From Schmidtea nova (taxonomy: Eukaryota): 64,000 nt of DNA. The notes beneath the pieces were generated by a model, which was not told the origin of the DNA, ran no database searches, and saw only the letters and a program-made list of their open reading frames with translations. Shown here piece after piece: positions 13,121 through 26,011 of the stretch. Location of the stretch: positions 351,726,001 through 351,790,000 of the forward strand of contig CM097883.1 of NCBI GenBank assembly GCA_044892505.1, read 5' to 3'. The stretch's first letter is position 1. Each line of letters begins with the position of its first letter. The translations under genes and the position numbers were made by a program.

Positions 13121-13817
13121 TATTCCTGTGGTTGTGTTTATATTAAAAGAAGATTTTGTAGAGCCCAGCAGTCTCTTGTAAAAGTGTATCGGGACTGCTG
13201 GCGTGAATGTTATATTGATAATTTGATTGTGTGCTTTGTGCCTATGCATGTACTGAATAAAGCTAACAAATTAAAACAATTCTTTAACAAATTTTATTTG
13301 TTTAATGAAAAATAGGATATAAAACTAACCACTACTCACGTGTTTCTAAAACACTGGAAATAAATCAAAAGTTTATATGATCACCAGAATTTTCGTTAAC
13401 TTCAGTATTTATTTATTTATGTAATTAATGTTTTTCCTTAATATTCGGTTATTTAATTTACAGTTTCTGAATTGTTTCTTTCGTCGTAATTTGTCAATTG
13501 TAGCTAGTTTCTTTTCTAGGCTGTTTCTTTAGGTTTCTTTCTGTTTTTACTCTCCTTAGTAAATTGAGTAATCCTTTTGTTTTTGTTTTCTATAGAAATT
13601 CTTTTGGATTCTGTAATAAATTTTCTTAGTTTTCTAATTTGCTATGGCAGTTTTTTATAATTTAATTTCTAATAAATAGTTTAAAAATCTGTTCATTGAT
13701 TTTTTAAAAAATTTCTTTAAGAATAATGTTTGATTATTCTTCTGCGAATATGAATTATACTTATAAAAAATAAAAAAAGTGGGGGTCAGGACTCTAATGA
13801 TAATAATAATTTGACCT

Positions 13818-14228
13818 TTACATAAAAATAACACTGATAATGTTCGCGATATATTTCTTTTGAGGATGCGAAATAGTTACAGTTCCATGATGTCGTATAT
13901 GCAAATCAGTCATTGGACGTTCTTTAGAAGCACATGGGATAATACAAAAGTTGATTTCTCCGTGAGATAACTTGCCAGCAATATCTTCACTCAATCCATC
14001 AACATTCTTATTGCCGATAATTCTATTTGTAACAGCAACCGAATCAATACTCGAAGTTATATCCAAAGGTAACTGTACCGTGATCCAGTGTTTTAGATTG
14101 TCCCAATTTAACTTATCAATAGGATATTCAAATTCACGTTGAATAATGCTTGAATTTAACCTTTTCTGTTTAATATAAACATTAGAATCTTCCCAATTTC
14201 CAACTTGAACTATTGATAAAAAAGGCAT
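13818..14228 (-). CDS. Unknown 136-aa ORF (possibly TE/viral-derived, truncated)
   Basis: Open frame in AT-rich DNA; the frame continues upstream past one stop (MTEAKFLSEKDIS*NVKDDLRIKIAEITERNTEF); no family recognised. Confidence 0.3.
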   Translation of the reverse strand: MPFLSIVQVGNWEDSNVYIKQKRLNSSIIQREFEYPIDKLNWDNLKHWITVQLPLDITSSIDSVAVTNRIIGNKNVDGLSEDIAGKLSHGEINFCIIPCASKERPMTDLHIRHHGTVTISHPQKKYIANIISVIFM

Positions 14229-14689
14229 AAATTCAGTATTTCGTTCTGTAATTTCAGCAATTTTTATTCTTAAATCATCTTTAACGTTTTAAGAAATATC
14301 TTTTTCGGAGAGAAATTTAGCTTCAGTCATGAAAGTAATTTATCAGCTACGGTTATTTCAAAATAAATTGAAAGAAACTAATTTTGAAGTTTGAGAAATA
14401 TTTATTTCCAAATGAAAAAATTGATAAACCACACTTTTTCAAAAAAAAGCTTTTAACCCTCAACTTCACACTAAGGAAAATTCAAAGCAAAATCAAAAAA
14501 ACTCACAATCCAAAATAATTCGAAAAAACAACAGAGGAATCAATAAATAAATCCAAGAATTTTAAAATCCATTAAAACATAACATAATACTTCGTGAGGA
14601 ATAGCTTTAAGTGTATAATAACCAAATACTCTAATAATCACTAGTCACTGATTTACTCAACAATTGGGTAAATTGATTTCGATTGCCAT

Positions 14690-15350
14690 TGTGTTTTGAC
14701 TTGATTTTATCAGCTAAACTCTGTCTCTTTTATTCAATCCAAATTTCTTTACACCGTTCAATAACTCGGTTCTCCACAATACAATTTAAATATTCTACCG
14801 TTTTCCAATTATCGCGCAACTTGTCAAATTAAACTATATCACTTTACTTATCCAATTTAAGTTCCACTTTTCTTCTGATTTAGTAAAGATGGCTTTCATC
14901 TTTTATAGTTTGCTATCGTCTGGCACTCATGATACTTCGCTTTTTCCACTCCTGTCTCTGACATTTTCCATTTTCTGTTTTCAACTCCAATGTTGTCCCT
15001 GACAGTTCGGCACTCGGTATAATTAGTTTTTTTTCATTTCTGCTTTTATCATTTCCCATACTTTTTTATAGCTCCCATGTTATCTTTGACAATTGTCAAG
15101 GTACCGATTTTGTTTTCGTGTTTTCGTGTTTTGTTTTTGTTTTAGAATTTCGGAATTTCTTTCTGTTTTCTTGCACTTATTAATTATAAGTGACCTTTCT
15201 CCGCTTTGTTGTTAAGTTTCTTTTCTTTTGTTATTCCTTCCTCATATTCCATTTTTTACTCCAGAATGCTATCTCAATTACCCCATAGGTTTTCCCCCAA
15301 GATATTCAAATTGTCTATGATATTGGTTGTTATTTAGTTATCCTCAACTT
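14690..15350 (-). repeat. Degenerate LTR-like dispersed repeat
   Basis: Ends in tcctcaac like the 11788 LTR end; the cttattaatta.aa.tgacctt block is shared with ~25590-25870. Confidence 0.35.
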
Positions 15351-15436
15351 TATTATTGTCATCATCATTAATTATTATTAATTATATTATTATTATGTAT
15401 AAATTATTATGATATTTATAATCATTTATATTGTAG

Positions 15437-16309
15437 AATCCCGAGTATTATGTAATCACCAACCATATTTTGCATGTCATCATTATCATCCTGTTGCTGA
15501 TGGGATATATAGGAAACTTACTGAATTTTATCTTGCTTTATAAAGAAAGAAAACTGAGAGAATTCACCAAGATTTTATATTTTGCCCAAGGATTCTGGGA
15601 TGTTATCGTGCTGATAGTTCCCTCGATTCGATATTACTTTCTGATCTCCCAGGAATACGATTTACGGAGTTTCAACGAAACGTTTTCAATGATTCATTCT
15701 ATTTTTACGTATATTTCTTTGGACTCTTCCGTCTGGCAGTTGTGCGCAATTTCACTGGAGCGAACCGCCTTGGTCAAATGGCCGACTAACAAATTTATAC
15801 GGACATTGTCCCGTAAACAAGCTGCTTGGATATGCGTTTTGATTTTCCTTTGCGGCTTATTGAAGAATTTCGTTGTAATGTTCAACAGTAAAACCAACGA
15901 AATCATTGCAGCGATCCTTGATGATGTTTTCTCTATTTGTATTCCATTTTGTATTATTTTCATCACCACCCTGATTTTACTGAAGAGACTGAGAGAAGTT
16001 GGCAATAACATCAACGTTAATGGTAATCAAAACAACCAGCAAATGGCTTCTCCGATCTTTGCCATAAAGATGGTGATAATTACCTCTATTTACTACCTCA
16101 TTAGCAATATCCCAGGGTCAGTTTATTTCCTTACCATTAATATTTCCCTTCCTAAGGATGATAAATTTAGCAAACTTATTTACAATTGCGTTGTGACCTT
16201 ATCCATTAGTAATAATGCTCTAAAATTCTACTTATACAGTATTTCTACCCCTTTGTTTCGAATTAATCTACTGAAGAAAATCTTTTCCTTCAAAGAATGG
16301 TCCTGCTGA
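15437..16309 (+). CDS. Rhodopsin-like (class A) orphan GPCR, terminal coding exon, paralog 1
   Basis: 7 hydrophobic segments; GN in TM1, D in TM2, SLER (DRY-like) after TM3, NNALKFYLY in TM7; acceptor ttgtag|AAT at 15437 at the same position as in paralog 2; 5' exon not found. Confidence 0.85.
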   Translation, partial: NPEYYVITNHILHVIIIILLLMGYIGNLLNFILLYKERKLREFTKILYFAQGFWDVIVLIVPSIRYYFLISQEYDLRSFNETFSMIHSIFTYISLDSSVWQLCAISLERTALVKWPTNKFIRTLSRKQAAWICVLIFLCGLLKNFVVMFNSKTNEIIAAILDDVFSICIPFCIIFITTLILLKRLREVGNNINVNGNQNNQQMASPIFAIKMVIITSIYYLISNIPGSVYFLTINISLPKDDKFSKLIYNCVVTLSISNNALKFYLYSISTPLFRINLLKKIFSFKEWSC

Positions 16310-17945
16310 ATTAAAGTTTCCGAACAATCGGGTGCCGATTTTGTCTACTGCCCGGGTTAGCCCCATAAAATAATTGCAATGAAAATTACAGAAAATAGAT
16401 AAAAAATATTTCTTTTTTATTGTACAAATTTATTGAAAGTCAGAAACAGCATACATAAGTTATTTTTTGTTACAAAATTAAAATATTTATTTTTGTTTAA
16501 ATAAAACAATTACGTAATTATTTTTAATTTTAATTTCTTATTTTATTTTGTCACAAAATTATGATGCCATCGGCTGAAGAGATAATATTTCAAATTTTAT
16601 TAATGCCGTCCGACCAACAACGAAAGAGTCATCTATATATAAGTGCTATGACCTCCCATGAAACTAAACTGTCACAATGCATTTATATTTTCAATTGCTA
16701 TCTGTTTTCAGTTCTCTACGTAATATATGTTGATTTCTCAGCCTGCAACTCAAGTAATTAATTTTTGATTACTTGTGATTAATACTTGATGACTTCACCT
16801 GGTGTCATGCATTAAAAGTTTCTATAATATAAATTAAAAATAACCAATAGCAAATGGAAACTTACGTGGGTGTTAAATTTTGATATTTCGTAGTTAAAAA
16901 GTTTTATTATATACTAGACAATTTGTAAGAAAAAATAAAGCATACACACAAACACAACACAATGAAAATTGCATGCAAACTTTTAAAGGTACATTTTGTT
17001 TCGCGATTAAAAGGCCTATAATAAATTAATTTATTTTTTAAATATAGTATTTGGGTAAATATTTGGAATATTTTCTAAGGGAGTTGTCGAAAAAATTGAT
17101 AAATAACATCGTAAGTTTTATTTTAATATAAAATTTCATATATTTCCAAAAATTATTTTGAAATATTTTTCTGTTTTCAGTAATCAAAAAAATAATTCCG
17201 TCTAATTAATTTCAAATTATAGACAATTAAACATATTTACACTGCAATTTAGATCATTTTGAAGCCTGAGATAACGCAAGACAATAAAATTTGGCAATTC
17301 TTGAAAAAAAAATTAATCTTAATTAAATTATTCGTTGGAATATCCAAAAAATATTTCAAAAATAGAAAATTTTTATTTAATAATAATAATTATAATAATT
17401 ATTAGTTAAAAATGATTTTTTAACTTACGTTAAATGAAAATAATTCCCAAAAAAATGTTAAAAAAATCATGATTTCCTAAAACGTATTTAAAAATTAAAG
17501 AAAAATAAGTGTAAAACAAATATAATGGAAATATTCGGAGACTGATTTATTTCATTAATAAACTATTGTTAAAATACTATATGTAAAACTATATGTAAAA
17601 TACTTCTAAAAAATTCTAAAATACTTCTAAAAATCATATTTTTCTAAAAAGCTAATAAATATAAAATCAAAATAATATTGAAAAATATAGATAAACTTTC
17701 AAAGCTTCTATAGTGATCTTGTATCATTGAAAGATCAAAATAGAAGCATTAAAAGATATCCTAATAAAAAACTTACCTGATAGCCATTTCTAAAAATGGC
17801 TAAATGGCTAAATGAATAATTTCAACAAAGTAACTATGAATAACAAGTAGATGTACACACCTACTTGTGTCATATTTACTTTTAATACATGAAACCAGAT
17901 GTATACTTTTTACATTATTTTATCCAACCACACACATAAATTCAA

Positions 17946-17970
17946 TTGATGAAGGCAGTGCCGAAATTTT
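17946..17970 (+). ncRNA. Minimal hammerhead-like motif (degenerate, Penelope-type)
   Basis: TTGATGA-A-GGC(AGT)GCC-GAAA; U3.G8 wobble core. Confidence 0.45.
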
Positions 17971-19611
17971 ATGTTAAATTAAAAATATCTTGATCGATAA
18001 TCTGTAAAGAATGAATATAAGAAATAGTAAGTTAGTTTACATTTTTATTTGATATATTAATGACATTGTACAAAATGTAAGTTGTACTATTTCGTTTGTA
18101 AGAAATTATGAAAAAAGGTTAAAGTAATAAATTTTTAAAGTTATAAATAATGTTGGTATTCGGTGTTGTTGGAAATTTTTGTCAGTGGTTAGCAGAGCCG
18201 TTTTATCCAGTAGGTACTGTGCCTAGGACCTATGAACAAAATTAAATTTAATTTAACGTTCTTTGTTTCCCTTGTCGTAAGGCATTCTATTTCTTTCAGC
18301 CCCGAGATTGGGCTGTTTGTGATGATCTCTGCCAGTTCATGATGTTTAGTAATAGTGACAGTTTACACCCAGTGCTTATAGGTGATGGGCCGAATCTGAC
18401 TTTTCTCGATAACCAACCTTGAGACTTAATTCAAGCAATTCTTTTTTTAAATCTTGACCGTGCCACGTTTGAGTTGCGTGTCTAATAGGACCTGTTAGAT
18501 TCGCTCGGTCTTCTGTATTTGATTCCGCATTTGTTCGGGTTAGAAGTAAAGTTATTTCATCTCATCTATCTTTTTTTATTGTCGAGCTACTCTTCCATTT
18601 AATTCCTCTAATTCCCGGCTTCTCGCATTAAATGAGCTCAGCCTTTTTGATTTTTTCTGGGGGTTTATAAACCTGGGTTTATTTATTATAATGATATATT
18701 TGAGTTTGTTAACTAAATTGTTCATAATTTCTTCGAATTACTAAAATGACGCACCCAGAAACGATAATACATGGGTTTACTTATCTATTCTTCCCTTCTA
18801 GCAAGGTATTTAAATTAATAAATAAAACAAACAAAACAACAAAAAACACTTATTACAGTAACTAAGAATACTATAAACAAATTTACTATCGTACGATAAA
18901 CACAATTATAGTCCTTCAGTGCTCGACATTTTCAGTGGCATGCTGCATTTTTATTCGATGCTCAGGATAGACCTGAATGAAAATACATCGGGAATTTGTA
19001 TTTTTGATCTCCTCGAAGAAAGTTTTGGTATCGCCTAGTTTCTTTGAATATGTCTCTGAACTCTGGAGCATTAAGGGCGAGGCGGGACCAGGACCAATAG
19101 CCCAATCAGTCAAATTCACATTTAAGGATATACCCCGAATAGATAATCTTTCATGGATGGCCTTTCATATTTTAAATTCTATAATTTCAATTTTAAAATT
19201 AGATATTTTTTAAAATTATCTAAATTATATTCTAAATTATTCAACATTTTAAATTTGAGCACTGTTGCCAAAAAATTGAGCAATTTGGTATTAAAAATTT
19301 TTAATTTATTTTGGTAAATAAATAACAAATAAAATTTTACAAATTTGATTTGTCATCCATTTATCTTAATCTTAGNNNNNNNNNNNNNNNNNNNNNNNNN
19401 NNNNNNNNNNNNNNNNNNNNNNNNNNNNNNNNNNNNNNNNNNNNNNNNNNNNNNNNNNNNNNNNNNNNNNNNNNNNNNNNNNNNNNNNNNNNNNNNNNNN
19501 NNNNNNNNNNNNNNNNNNNNNNNNNNNNNNNNNNNNNNNNNNNNNNNNNNNNNNNNNNNNNNNNNNNNNNNNNNNNNNNNNNNNNNNNNNNNNNNAATTC
19601 AACATAAACGC

Positions 19612-19644
19612 GATATATTTCGATTGTATAACAATCTTCTTCAG
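19612..19644 (-). ncRNA. Minimal hammerhead ribozyme (Penelope-type)
   Basis: CTGAAGA-A-GATTG(TTATA)CAATC-GAA-ATATAT-C; canonical core, palindromic stem III, AUC site; ~270 bp downstream of the PLE ORF end. Confidence 0.7.
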
Positions 19645-19913
19645 TCAGCAATCAAGACAATCAATAATAAATAGAAAATATGCAATATCTAAACAAATTA
19701 ATCAATAATAATCATCCTCAACCTGTATCAAAATTTTTTTTTTTAAATAAAATTTAATATTTTACATAAATTTTTAAAAATTAATTAATAAACAAACATA
19801 AAAATCTTTCAAAATTCAACATACAATTTAAATTTCTTTTTAAAAAAATGAAATTATCCTCAAAAACAAATATGATTAATCTACTAACACAATTCGCAAC
19901 ATACAGCATCCAA

Positions 19914-20400
19914 TTAATTTAACACATTTAAGATATCCGTAGAACGGGCAACTTGATCATTAAATTTTGGATTAAAATATCGAATCAACAATGTCTCACA
20001 AGTTACTCATTCCCAATTATTACTAAAACCTTTTGAAATAATTTTAAAATAAGAGATACCTATATTATAACTGATACATTTCCTAAAATGATCACTAATA
20101 TTAATCATCACTTTAAGTCGACTATGCTCAAGAACTCGGGTGCAGAGCTGATGGGCAGTCTCTCCAGTGTATGAGGCATTAAACTCACTACTTGAAAATT
20201 GATACACGAGTTCAGAACACAAACCAAACGACGTTGAACATTTATTAGTGAACATACTGCTAACTTTGCAATCCTAAATTGATCCTTGTCTACATGTTTG
20301 ACAATCCTATGCTTAAATTCTCCGAAGCCCTCAGAATAAGGCAATACCAACACATATTTTGGTTCAGTGCGATTGGATCGGTTTTTGTCATTTTCCGAAA
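19914..20400 (-). mobile_element. Penelope-like element 3' remnant (RT thumb + GIY-YIG endonuclease)
   Basis: YVLVLPYSEGFGEFK...; LVYQFSSSEFNASYTGETAHQLCTRVLEH...ISDHFRKC...ETLLIRYFNPKFNDQ. Confidence 0.82.
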
Positions 20401-20729
20401 TTAACAAAGTACTTTTATCAGAATTAATAGGTACCTTAGATCCAGACACATCCATACGAAAATTATTAGAATTCAATATTAACTTATCCACGGTCACATT
20501 TGTCATTTTCTCAAGAAAAGATTTAGAGTAACAATTTTAACTTGTGTTCAATTTTTTTTTGATTATTTTATTCTATTATAAAAAGTTTTTTTATGGTTAA
20601 TATCATTTTGGAATGAAATGATAAAATTATTTAGTAACAATGAATCGGTCAAGCCAGTTAAATTGTATCACGATCATAAATTTTATTTTTTGTTAAATAA
20701 AACCAAGTACAGATTCAGATAAACTGAGT

Positions 20730-21226
20730 AAAGCTCAGTATTCAAATTTTTATGGTAAAATATAGGATAAAAAATGTTATCGCAGTCACTAAAGTTTTAA
20801 AGCAAATCAACAAGAAATTATTTTGTAATGAAATCATGTTTTTCAATGTTCATTATACTAAATTCCATGATGCATTTGAAGAAACCGAATTAAAAGATAT
20901 GGAAAATTATATATTCAGGGCTATAAAATGATGTTATTTCACCAATTTGGAAAATTAATAGTGGAAATAAAAACCATCATTTATACAGTTTCAAATATCC
21001 AAAAGTAGCTTTAACAAACAAAGACGATAAATGAGAGTGGATTGGTCACAATGAGAGTTTGGCATATGGGCCATTTTTAGAAGTCAATACCATTGTAGAA
21101 TCAGAAGTATACGACGATGAAGAATATTGGGAAGAAAGATTTGCCGACAATTTAAATGAAAATAATCTATATTATTCGGAATTCAAAAGTAGATTTTTTA
21201 GTAAAGATTTTTCAAAAATTGTTTAA
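20730..21226 (+). pseudogene. Polinton pPolB C-terminal remnant (copy 2, heavily deleted)
   Basis: SNFYGK (motif B) at ~20745; KNHHLY...KVALTNKDDK*EWIGHNESLAYG C-terminal motif. Confidence 0.6.
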
Positions 21227-22934
21227 TCTATTACTTTTGTATAGAATTTAAATTAATATTTTGTTTGTATTATCTATTTGTATTATTTTTTATAAATTCG
21301 AAAAATGTCAAAAAGTAAAAGCTTTTTTAGTATTTAAATGTTTGTAAATTTTTTAATTAGTATATCTATTTGAGGTTTTAATAAAGAAGTTTCCAGAACA
21401 ATATTGTGGACAAGAACTCATTGCATTTAAAATCTATCGATTGACTGGCATTAATATAGAGGAAATTTCTAGAGCTTCATTTCGATATAGTTCAAGAGTC
21501 AGGAAATAAGTGTATCAATAGTTGTATTGCTTGTAAAGATTCTATAAGTGTCATGTTACAATGGATGTCAATCTTGTATTGATTTAAAAAAGATCATGTG
21601 ATACATATTTTTAGCAGAAATTCGAAAATTATCTTATNNNNNNNNNNNNNNNNNNNNNNNNNNNNNNNNNNNNNNNNNNNNNNNNNNNNNNNNNNNNNNN
21701 NNNNNNNNNNNNNNNNNNNNNNNNNNNNNNNNNNNNNNNNNNNNNNNNNNNNNNNNNNNNNNNNNNNNNNNNNNNNNNNNNNNNNNACGTGGTAACTGTA
21801 TGAATCACTATATAATGTCACATAATGACTGTATGAAACATTATATAGTAGTATGTAATAACTGTATGAATCAATGTACAGTATTACCTAATCGCTCTAT
21901 ATTAATGTTAGATCATAAATATATAGATTTTTAAAAATCTTATGAAATGTATCTATTTTAATGTGAAAATTACGCAATAGAAATGGAAAATTATACAATT
22001 TTTCCGAATATTTTTATAAAATTACATAATTTACATGCCGAAATTACGTGATTTTCAAAAGAAATTTATGGGGGGTATGCAAAAAATAATGAGGATACCT
22101 TTCTTGGCCTGGTCTAAATAGCTAGCTTTTTTATTATTATTATTTTTATTACTATTATTAGCTTTATTTAATTTTGTTTAAAAAAAATTATTTTTTACTA
22201 ACATCTTTTGTGCAATTTAGTTAAATCAATATTTCATAATTAATTTTGAAATTTTGCCCACTCTCATATTTTTGATTAATTTCCAAATTTAATGAGTTTA
22301 TGAATTGCTTTAAAAGAATGCATTTTGCACAATTAGAATAAACTAAATCCCTCAACTGTGATTGGTCGATTGTAACTTACAATAGTATGTCAAGGTCATG
22401 GATATACTTTTGAATAAATAGTAAAATTTTATTATATTATATTAAAGATTTCATTTATTTGTGAATAACAAATAAAAACAAATCAAATATTATTAGAAAA
22501 TGCCGAAAAATGATACGTGGGTATGTTATTGTATCTTCATTATGATTAAGTTTTTTATTCAAAAACGGTGAATTTAAACAAAAATAATTCATTTTATCAA
22601 TATAAATAATCGATTAATCACAATGTTATTATAAATAAAATTTAAAATTAAAATTGCTTAAGGAAGTCCACAATTAAAATTATTTTTTGATTATCAACAA
22701 CGCATTTCTTTCACAACAAAAACAAATGAAAAATATTGGCTCCGATGGTTTTACCCCGTTTAATGACCATTTAGTAAATCCGATTTAGTTATTACCTTTA
22801 TATCTTACATTATCTTTCTCTGAAAATTTGATGCTGATTTCATAAAAAAGTGGCAAATTTTTTCAATTGTTAATTCTTTTTATATGGCTTGCTTGTTATC
22901 TATCATTACGACTAATTGTCTCAGTATGCTCTCC

Positions 22935-23190
22935 TCTCGGCATGCTCGCCTCTCGGCATGCTCGCCTCTCGGCATGCTCGCCTCTCGGCATGCTCGCCTC
23001 TCGGCATGCTCGCCTCTCGGCATGCTCGCCTCTCGGCATGCTCGCCTCTCGGCATGCTCGCCTCTCGGCATGCTCGCCTCTCGGCATGCTCGCCTCTCGG
23101 CATGCTCGCCTCTCGGCATGCTCGCCTCTCGGCATGCTCGCCTCTCGGCATGCTCGCCTCTCGGCATGCTCGCCTCTCGGCATGCTCGCC
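22935..23190. repeat. Perfect GC-rich minisatellite, 16 bp x16 (tctcggcatgctcgcc)
   Basis: 256 bp = 16 identical units, preceded by one degenerate unit tctcagtatgctctcc. Confidence 0.97.
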
Positions 23191-23661
23191 TGCAACAATT
23201 AAATCAAATTTCGTTAAATTATTTACGAAATTAATCGGACTATCAACTGCATAATAATTGATGGGTTTCTCTTGAATAATAAATGAGATTAATTAATTAC
23301 CATTAAGATCCCTTTGGTTGTTTCTTTTTAGAAATTTTCATTCTTTTTATTAAGGATAGATCAAATTTTTTTAAATACACGAATTTGATCAAGTCTTTAT
23401 AAGTAAATGAATAATAATTAATTACGTTTATTATTTCTAGTTCATCTTAGAAACCTCCCATAATTTTGAAATTATTGTATTCGTCATCAACTTTTAGTTT
23501 GCCAATGGCTATCAATTTCCCCTGGAAAAATATTGATTTTTAGATTTTGAATATTTAATAAGCTTTTAATTAATTTTTAAAAACTTTCACTTTTATATAT
23601 TTTGTTTAAATCATTTTTTTTGTATTTATAAATTAAAGTAAAACTCATTATTGCCAATTTA

Positions 23662-23879
23662 CTGTATTTTTCGGACCATAAGGCGCACCGCGTTATAAGG
23701 CGCAATAGCATTGATCGACGCTAACGGTTTTATTTTCATACATAAGACGCACCGGGTTATAAGGCGCACACATTAAATGACAGAAAACTCTGATAAGTCA
23801 AACTTTATTCAACTCTTTCACAATGAAATCAAAGAAAATAAAAGAATTTTAAGAACGCCTTATGGTCCGAAAAATACGG
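23662..23879. mobile_element. pogo/Tigger-type MITE
   Basis: 24-bp TIR c(t/c)gtatttttcggaccataaggcg; TA on both flanks; internal ataaggcgcac repeats. Confidence 0.9.
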
Positions 23880-23909
23880 TAGTTTTTAGTTTATGAATTA
23901 GATTTTAAT

Positions 23910-24208
23910 CAGTGGTGTTTAACCTTTTGCCGCATCTGGGCCAACTGGTAAATCTTTTGAAGGCAGGCGAGCCGTATAAAAAAGTAAGCTACATTTAAAA
24001 GTTTAGATTTATTATGAAAATGAAAAATATGTAGTAAACATTTTGTAAATAATGATGTTCGTCTAACAAATTTTCTCCCTGGTTGCGTTAATAACTGTTG
24101 AATTAATGTTAATTGAATTAAGATTAGAAAAATGGCGAAACACAACATCAACATTGGAATGATTTACATTTGTTATACCATGCCCGGGCCGCTGGTTAAA
24201 CACCCTTG
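23910..24208. mobile_element. hAT (Charlie-like) MITE
   Basis: TIR cagtggtgtttaacc / ggttaaacacccttg; 8-bp TSD attttaat / atttaaat (7/8). Confidence 0.72.
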
Positions 24209-24559
24209 ATTTAAATAGACAAATACACATAAATTGATTGTAATATATGTAATTTTTTATTGTTTATGTTTTCTTTGTAAAAATTTCATCTTGCTTCATT
24301 TCTTTCAAATTTAGTTTGCTAATTTTTTATAAATAGAGTCGACTAAAATTTAATCTAATAAAATAGTCAAAAGTGCTAATAATATTAATAATAATTAAAC
24401 CACAAATTAATTTTAAAATTATTAATTATTCAAAGAATTATTCAAAAAATTTTAAAATATTTAAAAAAATATATATTCATAAAAGATTTTTATGTATTAA
24501 ATTTTAGCAAAACTAATTTCATCATTCAATTTAATTAATACAGCAAAACGCACATATTA

Positions 24560-25192
24560 ACTATTTAATAACATTCAAAATAGACGTGTTGACAGCATTA
24601 TGCACATTAATTTTAAATTCAAAGATCTTATCAACAACGTTTCACATATAATGCGTTCATAATGATTATTAAGATTTTTTAATAAGATTTTAAAATTAGA
24701 CATGTCAATTTTTCTATTACAGTCGTTATCGGGATCACTAATATTGTACACTCCATCCGGTCCGCAATGTTAAAAAACTCGAGTACAAAGATGAGGATCA
24801 GTCTCTCAGATGTATGTGGCATTACACACATTACATGTAAATTGATAAATTAAATTTGACCAGAATCCAACCAGAGTTTGCGACTTATTATCAAACATAC
24901 TACTCGCTTAGCACGAATTGGAGACAATCCAAAAGTTTAAGTCACTCAATTGCTTTCCTATCTTCCTTTTATACTCTTTTAACCCCTCCAAATATGGCAA
25001 TACCACCGTGAATTTATGATTTTCTTTTTTGATAAATCCTATACTACTATTCACTACATTATCAAAATTATCAGTATTATAACATTCAGGCTTACAAGGA
25101 TCCATAGGATTATTTATACACGTGTCAGCCGTTTCTCTCATCATCAGCATCAAAAACAATTTTAAATAACTATTTTTTATTAACAGTTCCAC
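24560..25192 (-). mobile_element. Penelope-like element 3' remnant (RT thumb + GIY-YIG)
   Basis: FTVVLPYLEGLKEYK...LIYQFTCNVCNATYI*ETDPHLCTRVF*H; related to the 19914-20400 copy. Confidence 0.8.
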
Positions 25193-26011
25193 TAGTTTTA
25201 CTATATTTTTACAAAATATTTGAAAGTAGAGTATAAAACCTTGATTACTAAATCAATTCTTTTGCATATTTATCTTATATTTAAACTCACAAAAGCTTTC
25301 TGGCGTCGTATAAAAGAGTATAAAGTTGGTTTTCTTTTAAATGTCTCTTACAATTCATCCTTGCGTTTAATTAAATTGAATTAATTAAATTAAATGTTAA
25401 AATTAATTTTTTAAGAACCAATATTTTTTAAATATATTAGAAATTTTAAACAAAATTTGTTAATATTTAATCATTTTAAAATTAATTATGCTGTATCTTT
25501 CCTTTTATATATCGTCAAATTTTATGGCACTTGAGATAATTGCCTTTTTACATTTTGATTCCCAGACATCTTGTTTTTCTCCCAATTCCCGTTTTATCTA
25601 TGACAGCTGTCTAGATAATTTCAGATTTTCCTTTTTCCTTTTTAGGCCGACTTTTATCCGCACTTCTGTTATCTGACAAGCTGTCAGAATTTTTAGCTAC
25701 CTACTTGTTTTTGTTTTCGTTTTGCAAATTAACTTCATGTTTCTGTACTTATTAATTAGGAATGACCTTTGTTTTTGTTTTCTTGTTTGATCTCTTTTGT
25801 CTGTTTCCAACTTCTCATTTTCCAAGTTTTGATTGTGACTTTTTCTTCTCCAGACTCCAAAAGATCACATTATTTATGCTCTAAAACTCAAGTACATTTT
25901 GCTATAATATCTTTTGCTATAATATAGAATTTAAAATATATATTTTATTTTAAAAATTAATACTAATTTATCATAATTATCTTTTTTCACCTTTGATCTT
26001 TTTTTATTATT

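Noticed and set aside
18190-19120. Possible hAT terminus, LTR or ORF 18916-19119
   Set aside because: No matching second terminus or TSD found and no recognisable protein motif
22935-23190. CRISPR-like array
   Set aside because: Repeats are contiguous with no spacers, there are no cas genes, and the context is eukaryotic
22867-23254. Six overlapping ORFs with repeated peptides (SRHARLSACSPLGMLA, MPRGEHAERRACREAS)
   Set aside because: By-product of a stop-free 16-bp minisatellite; no coding evidence
24500-24545. Hammerhead-like atgatgaa...ctaaaa downstream of the second Penelope remnant
   Set aside because: Core too degenerate (no C3/U3 and no GAAA)
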